The notes under the pieces: generated by a model | Database searches by the model: none | What the model was told of the DNA's origin: nothing | What the model saw: only the letters and a program-made list of their open reading frames with translations | Translations under genes and position numbers: made by a program | Part shown: piece by piece, positions 56,544 through 64,000 of the stretch | Position numbering within the stretch: the first letter of the stretch is position 1 | Layout: each line of letters begins with the position of its first letter | Assembly (NCBI GenBank): GCA_039028615.1 | Contig: JBCCHT010000023.1 | Location: forward strand, 128,001-192,000 | DNA length: 64,000 nt | Direction: 5' to 3' | Source: Myxococcota bacterium | Lineage (GTDB): Bacteria; Myxococcota_A; Polyangia; Nannocystales; Nannocystaceae

Positions 56544-59500
56544 ATGAGCACGCCGGATGACATTGAACTAGGCACCTCGGCAGACGCACCAACATTCGGA
56601 CACCGCCCGCAACCGGGGGCCTGCGATGCGCTGACCCTCACCCCGCGCTTGGCCGAAGACGGCGATGGCGTCCGCAGCATCGCGATCGAGGAGGTGGAAG
56701 CGAGGGCCCGGATGCGCTTGTTCGGCCACACGCCGGAGCCCGCTCCTCGCATCGGCCGATTCACCGTGCTCGAGCAGATCGGGCACGGCGGCATGGGCTT
56801 GGTCTACGCCGCCTACGACGAGCATCTGGATCGCAAGATCGCGGTCAAGGTCCTGCGGGCCGAGCGAGCGAGCGACGACGAAGAGCAAGAGCGGCTGTGG
56901 CGAGAAGCCCAGGCCATGGCTCGCCTCTCGCACCCGAACATCGCCACCGTGCACGAAGTCGGGCTCAACGACGGCGAGGTGTTCGTCGCCTTGGAGTTCC
57001 TCGATGGCCAGTGCCTCAGCACCTGGCTGAAGACCCGCCCCGCCTGGCCGCAGATCGTCGATGCCTTCGAGCAAGCGGGCCGGGGCCTGCTCGCTGCCCA
57101 CGACTCTGGCCTCGTTCACCGCGACTTCAAGCCCCACAACGCAGTGCGGCTCGACGACGGCGTGGTGAAGGTCCTCGACTTCGGTCTCGCGCGCAGCACC
57201 TACGAGCGGGTCAACCGCTCCTCGAGCACGCTGTCGGGCCCGCTGTCGACGACCAACTCGCTGACCTTGCCCGGCACCGTGGTGGGCACGCCCGCGTACA
57301 TGCCCCCGGAGCAGCACTTCGGCAAGGACGTGGATGCCCGCGGGGACCAGTACGCCTTTTGTGCCGCCGTCTGGGAGGGGCTGACCGGCACGCACCCGTT
57401 CCGCCAGCCCACCTTCGACGAGTTGCTCGACGCCAAGCTGCTGGGCGCCCCCACCTGGCCCGACGACGCTCCCCGCGTCCCCCGGAGGATCGTCGACGCC
57501 CTGCGACGCGGCCTCGCCCCCGAGCCCGACCGACGCTGGCCCAGCATGGCGCCGCTGCTCGAGGCGCTCGCCCGTGGCCCCCAGCGTCGTCGCAAGCGCT
57601 GGCAAGTCGGTCTCGCCAGCGTGTTCGCGATGGGGGTGGCCGGCATGGGCGCCACGTCGTGGGTCTGGGCCCAGGCCCAGCGCTGCTCCGGGGCCGCCGA
57701 GCACCTGGCCGGGGTCTGGGACGAGACCCGCCGCGCCGAAGTGGAGGCCGCGATCCTGAGCGTCGACCGGGCCTATGCCACCGACGTCGACCTCCGCACG
57801 CAGCGGGAGCTCGACGCCTACGCGCAGCTCTGGCAGCAGAGCCACACCGAGGCCTGCGAGGCCACCACCCTGCGCGGCGAGCAATCGTCCCAGATGCTCG
57901 ACCTGCGCATGCAGTGCCTCCAGCGCTCGGCGATGGACCTGCGCGCGGTGGTCGACACGCTCGCCCTGGCGGACCACGACGTCGTCCGCAAGGCCCACGA
58001 GCTCGTGCTCGGCCTCCCCGCGCTGTCGCGATGTGACGACGTGCCTACGCTGGCCACCGCCGTCGAGCCTCCGCCATCCGAAGACGCGCCCGCGGTATTG
58101 GCCGCACGCCAAGAGCTCGCCCACGCGCAGACCCTGCAGACCTCCGGCCGCTTCGGCCCCGCCCGAGAGGCGGTGAGCATGGCCGAGCACCTGCTCCACG
58201 AGACCACGTACGGACCGGTCCGGACCGAGCTGATGCTCATGAAGGGCCAGCTGCTCGAGGCCGAGGGCAAGTACGACGACGCCGAGGCGGCCCTCACCGA
58301 GGCCATGTCCCTCGCCGCGCAGTGGAAGCAGCACGACGCCATGGCCACCGCCGCGGTCGAGCTGATGGAGGTGGTGGGCGTCGACCAGAAGCGCTTCGAC
58401 GCCGGGCTTCAGCACTGGGCGGTCGCCGAGGGCCTGTCTCGCTCGCACCCCTTGCTCGAAGCCGCCGCCCGCAGCTCTCGCGGCTTCGTGCTCGCCGCGC
58501 AGGCCCACTACGACGAGGCGGAGGTGGAGTACCGAGCCGCCTTCGAGCTGCGCGTCAAAGAGCTCGGCCCCGACGACTTCCTCGTCGCCAAGATCCGCAG
58601 CCGACTCGCCTTCACCCTCGGGGCGATGGGTCGCTCCGAGGAGGCCGAAGCCGAGTTTCGTCGCGCCCTGGAGACCCTCGAGCGGGACCTGGGTCCCGAG
58701 CACCCCAGCGTCGGCTCGCTCCGCCACAACCTCGCCAACCCCCTGTTGGCCATGGGTCGGCTCGAGGAAGCACAGCGGGAGTATCGGGCCGCGGTGTCGA
58801 TCCTCGACCGCGCCTACGGGCCCGTGCACCCGCAGATCGCCAACTCGCACGCGGGCATCGCCAACACCCTGTACAAGCAGGGGAAGTACGCCGAGGCGGA
58901 GTCCGAGTACCGCATCGTCGTGTCCATGCTCGAGCAGAGCCTCGGCCCCGACCACCCCAACCTCGCCCGCTTGCGGGGCAACTTCGCCAACATCCTCAAG
59001 ACGGTCGGCAAGCTCGGCGAGGCCGAAGCGCAGTACCGGGCCGCGCTCACCGTGAACGAGCAAGCGATGGGCGCCGACCATCCCGACGTCGCCCTGCTCC
59101 GCCTCAACCTCGCCAACTTGCTCTTCGAGCGCGGTGACTCGCGACGAGCGGAGATCGAGTATCGCGTCGGCCTGGCCAGCATGACCGAGTCGCTCGGGGC
59201 CGAGCCCCCCAAGGTCGCGCTGTTGCGCTCCAACTTCGCCGTCATCCTGCTGCACGGCGACCAGCCTGACGAGGCCGAGGTCGAAGCCCGAGCCGCGCTC
59301 GAGATCCGCACCAAGGCCCTGGGCCCCAGCCACCCCGATGTGTCCGTGTCTCGTCACGCCCTGGCCGATGTGCTCCGCGCCCAAAGCCGCCACGAAGAAG
59401 CCGAGACACACTACCGGGACGCGCTCACCGCCCTCGAAGCCGAACTCGGCCCCGACCACGCCGACGTCGCCACCCGCCGCAACGGCTTCGCTCTCACCTT

Positions 59501-59936
59501 GCGTGCGCTCGGAAAGCACGACGAAGCCGAGGCCGAGTACCGCAAGGCCCTCGCCGCGCTGCGGACCTCCTTGGGCACCGAACACGCGACGGTCGCCAAG
59601 CTCCGCAGCAACCTCGCCAACCTGCTGCTGAACACCGACCGAGCCGAGCGGGCCCTGCCGCTGGCCCAACGAGCCTGGATCCGGCTGAAGGCGGACGGAG
59701 TGTCCGACAGCTCCCGGGCCCATGCCGCCTTCGTGCTGGCCCAAGCGCTGTGGGGCGCAGCCGAGACCCCACGCAACCGCAAGCGCGCCCGCACGCTGGC
59801 CGAGGATGCGCTCGGGGCCTATCGCGAGGCGGGCGAGCACTACGCGACGGAGCAGGCCGAGGTCCAGCAGTGGCTCGACGAGTTCATCGCCTGCACGGGG
59901 CCCGGTCGACGCCCTCGCGAGTGTCGGCGACACTGA
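56544..59936 (+). CDS. Ser/Thr protein kinase with TM and TPR repeats
   Basis: GHGGMG, HRDFKPHN, DFG, GTPAYMPPE; about nine 42-aa LGPxHP repeats. Confidence 0.95.
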   Translation: MSTPDDIELGTSADAPTFGHRPQPGACDALTLTPRLAEDGDGVRSIAIEEVEARARMRLFGHTPEPAPRIGRFTVLEQIGHGGMGLVYAAYDEHLDRKIAVKVLRAERASDDEEQERLWREAQAMARLSHPNIATVHEVGLNDGEVFVALEFLDGQCLSTWLKTRPAWPQIVDAFEQAGRGLLAAHDSGLVHRDFKPHNAVRLDDGVVKVLDFGLARSTYERVNRSSSTLSGPLSTTNSLTLPGTVVGTPAYMPPEQHFGKDVDARGDQYAFCAAVWEGLTGTHPFRQPTFDELLDAKLLGAPTWPDDAPRVPRRIVDALRRGLAPEPDRRWPSMAPLLEALARGPQRRRKRWQVGLASVFAMGVAGMGATSWVWAQAQRCSGAAEHLAGVWDETRRAEVEAAILSVDRAYATDVDLRTQRELDAYAQLWQQSHTEACEATTLRGEQSSQMLDLRMQCLQRSAMDLRAVVDTLALADHDVVRKAHELVLGLPALSRCDDVPTLATAVEPPPSEDAPAVLAARQELAHAQTLQTSGRFGPAREAVSMAEHLLHETTYGPVRTELMLMKGQLLEAEGKYDDAEAALTEAMSLAAQWKQHDAMATAAVELMEVVGVDQKRFDAGLQHWAVAEGLSRSHPLLEAAARSSRGFVLAAQAHYDEAEVEYRAAFELRVKELGPDDFLVAKIRSRLAFTLGAMGRSEEAEAEFRRALETLERDLGPEHPSVGSLRHNLANPLLAMGRLEEAQREYRAAVSILDRAYGPVHPQIANSHAGIANTLYKQGKYAEAESEYRIVVSMLEQSLGPDHPNLARLRGNFANILKTVGKLGEAEAQYRAALTVNEQAMGADHPDVALLRLNLANLLFERGDSRRAEIEYRVGLASMTESLGAEPPKVALLRSNFAVILLHGDQPDEAEVEARAALEIRTKALGPSHPDVSVSRHALADVLRAQSRHEEAETHYRDALTALEAELGPDHADVATRRNGFALTLRALGKHDEAEAEYRKALAALRTSLGTEHATVAKLRSNLANLLLNTDRAERALPLAQRAWIRLKADGVSDSSRAHAAFVLAQALWGAAETPRNRKRARTLAEDALGAYREAGEHYATEQAEVQQWLDEFIACTGPGRRPRECRRH

Positions 59937-60330
59937 CCGAGTCCGAGCCCCCGTCTCCCACTCCCGAGCATCAGCGCTACGACGCGATGTAGCGGGAGAT
60001 ACAGGCATTTGGCCAGAGGAACGACCACGCACGGGAGGGGCGACCTGCGCACCTGGCAGAGGGTGCATGGCTACGAGAGTCGCCATATCGATCGCGCCTC
60101 GATGCCGCGTTCGCGGCGACGCCGAGCTCCAAACTCGGTTCGATCGCAGGCGAACATCGAAGCGATCGAGCGAGGTCCGGGCAACGACCATTGCCACTAC
60201 GCGCACGACTCGAGGTCTTTTTCGATCGCGTTGGACTTCGGGCGGTGATCGGCTAGCCAGCGCCCATCGCTTCGCATCGTGTCGCCCCGACGACGGGCGC
60301 GAACACGGTCGTGAGAGGACCAACGAAGCC

Positions 60331-62022
60331 ATGAAGATCGAGACCTCGAAACTCGCCGCCCGCCGCTGGCAGTGGATCGTCGCCGGCACCCTCGCCGCCC
60401 CCTTCATGAGCGCCGCCACGGCCCACGCGGACGTCGAGCCCCTGCTCCAGACCCAGTGGGGCCAAGACGGCGACTGGCAAGCCAGCACCCCGCTCAAGGA
60501 CGGCGAGCGCACCTTTCCGGGCTGCACCACCATCGCCAGCGCCCAGATCCTCTACTACTACCAGTACCAGGCGCAGGCCACGAGCGACGTCTGCTACGGC
60601 CTCGACCACGACCCGCTGAGCGGCCCCGACGTCGTCGACGGCGACCTCCTGTGCATCGACTTCGGCAGCAGCCCCGTCAGCTACGACTTCGGTGCGATGG
60701 CCCAGGACGACGCCGAGTCGCGCGCCCGCACCGATGCCGCGGCCGAGTTCATCTACCACGTGGCCGTCACCCTCAACGCCCAGTTCGGCGGCGGCCAGGG
60801 TTCTTCGGCCACCGGTCGCCAGGTGGAGAACGCCTTCCGCTACCAGTGGGGCTTCAACAACAAGAGCCGCCGCTCGATGTCGATCATCGCCAAGGACGCG
60901 TTCGGCTACTCCGACGCCGAGTGGGCAGCATTGATCCGCTCCGAGCTCGATGCCGGTCGCCCTGTGCTCTACATGGCGCAGCAGGCCGACGCCGATGCCG
61001 GCCACGCCTTCGTCATCGACGGCTACCGCGAGTCGGACGGCAAGGTCCACGTCAACTTCGGCTGGGGCGGCTACGCCGACGGCTACAAGGATCCCAACGT
61101 GCTCGAGGATGCCTCGGGCCGCCAGTGGAACCGCGACGCGATGATCTTCCGCGGCCTCGAGCCCGAGGACGGCATGGCGGCCCAGATGCTCGCCAGCACG
61201 CAGCCGAACGTCTCGTCCGGCTACTCGTGGAACGGCAACATGTCGATGATCAGCAAGACCTCGGGCAGCCAGACCGGCTACGGCCTGACCGTCGACGAGT
61301 CGGCCATCCACCCCGGCAGCGTCAGCGACCCGGTGGTGTTCTTGCAGTGGGAGGTCGACACCGCCGACGCCTCGCGCCTTCAGATCTCCGCCGACGGCAT
61401 GGACACCGCGACCATCCGCTATGGCACCTGGAACGACCGTAGCCAGGATCGCGTCTACACCGACGTCAGCCTGCCCTTCGTGCTCGACCCCACCCGGGAC
61501 GGCATGACCGTGGCCGACGGCGAGTGGTTCGTGGTCTCCGTCGCCTTCGACGACAAGCCCGCCACCAGCGTCCCCGTGGTCGCCACCGGGACCACCGCGG
61601 CCGCCTCCTCGGCCACGAGCGCCCCCGCCTCGGCCCTGACCGTCGACGGCGGCACCTGGAACGGCAACGGCTCGCTCATCAGCCTCAGCTCGGGCACCGC
61701 GACCGGCTACGGCCTCACGCGGGACGAGACGATGATCCACCCCACCAGCGACAAGGATCCCATCGTGTTCTTCCAGTGGGAGCTCGACCAGCGCGACGGC
61801 ATGACCGTGGTGCTCGATGCCGAGGGCATGGGCCAGGCGACCCTCACCTACGGCGCGTGGGGTAGCCGCGACGAAGACGTGACCCGCACCGTGGCCCTGC
61901 CCTACACCCTCGATCCCGCCGCCGACGGCAAGAGCACCGCCGATGGCGAGTACTACGTGATCAAGGTGGCCTTCGACGAGGCGCCCAGCCAAGCGACGGC
62001 CGTGACCGCGGTCATCGAGTAG
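60331..62022 (+). CDS. C10 (streptopain-like) cysteine peptidase with duplicated C-terminal domain
   Basis: Signal peptide; PLLQTQWGQ, PGCTTIASAQI (Cys), GHAFVIDGY (His), HVNFGWGG. ATG 60331 follows GAGAGGA. Confidence 0.92.
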   Translation: MKIETSKLAARRWQWIVAGTLAAPFMSAATAHADVEPLLQTQWGQDGDWQASTPLKDGERTFPGCTTIASAQILYYYQYQAQATSDVCYGLDHDPLSGPDVVDGDLLCIDFGSSPVSYDFGAMAQDDAESRARTDAAAEFIYHVAVTLNAQFGGGQGSSATGRQVENAFRYQWGFNNKSRRSMSIIAKDAFGYSDAEWAALIRSELDAGRPVLYMAQQADADAGHAFVIDGYRESDGKVHVNFGWGGYADGYKDPNVLEDASGRQWNRDAMIFRGLEPEDGMAAQMLASTQPNVSSGYSWNGNMSMISKTSGSQTGYGLTVDESAIHPGSVSDPVVFLQWEVDTADASRLQISADGMDTATIRYGTWNDRSQDRVYTDVSLPFVLDPTRDGMTVADGEWFVVSVAFDDKPATSVPVVATGTTAAASSATSAPASALTVDGGTWNGNGSLISLSSGTATGYGLTRDETMIHPTSDKDPIVFFQWELDQRDGMTVVLDAEGMGQATLTYGAWGSRDEDVTRTVALPYTLDPAADGKSTADGEYYVIKVAFDEAPSQATAVTAVIE

Positions 62023-62025
62023 CGC

Positions 62026-64000
62026 TCAGCTCGGCGGGCGCTCGTCCAACCAGGCCGCACAAGCGGCGGCGCTCCGCGCCCACGCCGATCCCCCGGCCTG
62101 CAGGCGAGCCAGGCCCGACTTGGCCTGGGCCCGCAGCTGCTCGCGGGCCTTCGGCTCGCTCTCCCACCGGGCGCGAGCGGCCAAGCACTCGGCTTCGCCC
62201 AGCTCGGGCGGCGTGACCCCGGCTTCGCGTCGCATGTCCAGGGCACGGGTCAACGGCTCGATGGCCTCGGCGTCGCGGCCCAGGGCCAGCAGCGACTCGC
62301 CCACGCCGATCCACGAGTACACCGTGGCCCGCAGGTCGGGCAGCTCCACCCGCTCACACAGGGCGAGCGCCTGCTGGTCCAGCTCGAGGCTGCGCTCGAA
62401 CTGCCCCTGCGCTCGGGCGATGAGCGCCTCGTTGTTGAACACCAGCGCCTCGGTGGAGGAGCCGTCCGGCCACAGCCTCCGCGCCGCGAGCCGAGAGCGC
62501 TCGCACATCCGCAGGGCCTCCTCGTACTCCTCGAGCTGGTACAGGATGAAGCAAAGGTTGCTGACCTCGATCACGTGGTTCTCGTCGAGGGCGTCGGCCT
62601 CGGGAACCGGGTCGCCGAGCAGTCGCATGTAGATCTGCCGCGCCTTGTCGTGGTTGCCGAGCATGTCCTCGACGCTCCCCAGCCGACTGAGCAACATGTT
62701 GAGCCGATCGTTCTCGAGGTGATGCCCCGTCTCCTGCACGCGCAGGAGTCGATTGAGGACCTCCGTCTCCTCCTCGTGGCGCCCGAGAATCGACAGCGCA
62801 TCGGCCCGCATGAGCAAGGCGGTGAAGCCCAGCGGATGATCGGCCCCCACTAGTTCGGTGCGCATCGCGTCGACGCGATCGAGGGTCTCGAGCGACTCGA
62901 CCGGCTTCATCGAGTACAGCTGCGCGCGAGCGCGAAACTCGAGGATGTCGATGGCGTAGGGGTGATCGAGCCCGACCGTCTTGCGCAGAAGCTCGATGGC
63001 GGCGTCCGTCTCGGCCGGCACGTCCTTGCCGCGGCGGTGCTGCCACAGCGCGTGCATGTGCGACGTGTAGCGATCGATCTCGTGCTTGAGCGGGTAGTCC
63101 AAGCGCGCGGAGAGGCTCTTGGCGAGGTCGTTCCAGTGCTCGCGCGCGGCCTCGGAGGTCGGGGTCGGGGTGCCGGCCGAGACCTTGATGATCAACCGGT
63201 TGGCGGCATCGAGGGCGACGTAGTCGTGGCCGCTCGACAGCGCGAGATCGAACGCGACCTTCAGGCGCTCGACCGCCTTGTCCATGTCCCCCCGCACGCC
63301 GATGTCGATGGACTCGAGACGAGCGATCTCGGCCTGCAGGGGCGCATAGCCCAAGGCGTCCGCCTGCGCGGCGAGTTCGGCCAGCCGTGGCGTCAGCTCG
63401 CCCGCCCGGTTGGCCGACAGCTGCGCCCGGAACCCGGCCAGCTCCTTGCGCATCTCGGCGACCTCGGCCGCGATCTCGGGCGGAGGCGGCACGGTGTTGA
63501 GCTGCCGATCGAGGCACTCTTTGGCGTCGGGGAGCCGATTGCTCAGCCGCACCGCATCGTCGACCAGCGCGGCATCGGCCTCGGCCAGCAGCCCGACCAG
63601 CGCCTCGACATGATGGCTCTGGTTGGCCAGGCAGCTCATGCGCTGGTCGTAGCGTTCCGCGGAGCGCTCGTGACGGTCTCGGCACAGCCCGAGATACGCG
63701 TCGCTCCACTGCTTGCCCCACTGCTCCAGCGGCGCCTGAATGGCGCTGAAGCTCGCCTCGCCGTAGCGGCCGCCCACCGTCTGAAAGCGCTCCCCCACCG
63801 CCTGGCGACGCTCGTCGCTCCAGACCTGCTGCACCTGTCGACTCCCCGCGATGCAGGGGTCTTCGGGCTGCGGGGTGGCGTTGCGACCCACGGCGAACGC
63901 GAGCACGGAGGCCCCGACCAATGCGGCCCCCGCCGCGAGGCGACGTCGCCTTCGCACCACCGGGTCGTGGCGGAGGACCTCGAGCAACGCCTTCATCGAG
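62026..64000 (-). CDS. C-terminal part of a Ser/Thr kinase-TPR protein (5' end outside window)
   Basis: Same post-kinase architecture as the other three: RRRR-TM, C...VW..ERR, RMSCL, GxDHP TPRs. Confidence 0.85.
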   Translation of the reverse strand, partial: SMKALLEVLRHDPVVRRRRRLAAGAALVGASVLAFAVGRNATPQPEDPCIAGSRQVQQVWSDERRQAVGERFQTVGGRYGEASFSAIQAPLEQWGKQWSDAYLGLCRDRHERSAERYDQRMSCLANQSHHVEALVGLLAEADAALVDDAVRLSNRLPDAKECLDRQLNTVPPPPEIAAEVAEMRKELAGFRAQLSANRAGELTPRLAELAAQADALGYAPLQAEIARLESIDIGVRGDMDKAVERLKVAFDLALSSGHDYVALDAANRLIIKVSAGTPTPTSEAAREHWNDLAKSLSARLDYPLKHEIDRYTSHMHALWQHRRGKDVPAETDAAIELLRKTVGLDHPYAIDILEFRARAQLYSMKPVESLETLDRVDAMRTELVGADHPLGFTALLMRADALSILGRHEEETEVLNRLLRVQETGHHLENDRLNMLLSRLGSVEDMLGNHDKARQIYMRLLGDPVPEADALDENHVIEVSNLCFILYQLEEYEEALRMCERSRLAARRLWPDGSSTEALVFNNEALIARAQGQFERSLELDQQALALCERVELPDLRATVYSWIGVGESLLALGRDAEAIEPLTRALDMRREAGVTPPELGEAECLAARARWESEPKAREQLRAQAKSGLARLQAGGSAWARSAAACAAWLDERPPS

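Noticed and set aside
56568..60533. Very long antisense/alternative-frame ORFs (also 21374-24106, 25498-28818, 29175-31124, 326-1924 and others)
   Set aside because: They shadow well-supported genes, are Arg/Ala/Gly/Pro-rich or mirror sense codons, and have no motifs. This is expected in high-GC DNA.
1..64000. CRISPR array, tRNA, rRNA, transposase/integrase
   Set aside because: No regularly spaced repeats, cloverleaf with T-loop consensus, rRNA-like sequence or recombinase motifs seen by eye; tRNAscan-SE and CRISPR finders would confirm.

Overview
GC-rich (about 70% by eye, not computed), gene-dense bacterial DNA. Gene content suggests a myxobacterium, probably Nannocystaceae-like (inference). 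It contains about 18 predicted lipoproteins, four Ser/Thr kinase-TPR genes (one cut by the window edge), a kinase-WD40 gene, three ECF sigma factors, a MYXO-CTERM-like trypsin and a VKOR-DsbA fusion. I saw no rRNA, tRNA, CRISPR array or transposase. The best finding is absent from the ORF track: a 14-codon Asp-rich leader peptide (MDHDDDGDDRRGRA, 17428-17472) in front of an archaeal-type non-discriminating aspartyl-tRNA synthetase. It is followed by mutually exclusive RNA stems, one of which buries the aspS ribosome-binding site, which fits an aspartyl-tRNA-sensing translational attenuator. Other highlights: (1) a locus encoding an exported CHAT protease, an M57-like pseudo-protease, two ECF sigmas and an anti-sigma; (2) a CreBC-like two-component system with a perfect cre-tag upstream of two non-CreD membrane genes; (3) a MACPF-like motif in a lipoprotein; (4) a tandem fold-back intergenic element; (5) a prodomain-less C10 protease with a duplicated C-terminal domain. 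All family calls come from motif recognition by eye, not database searches.
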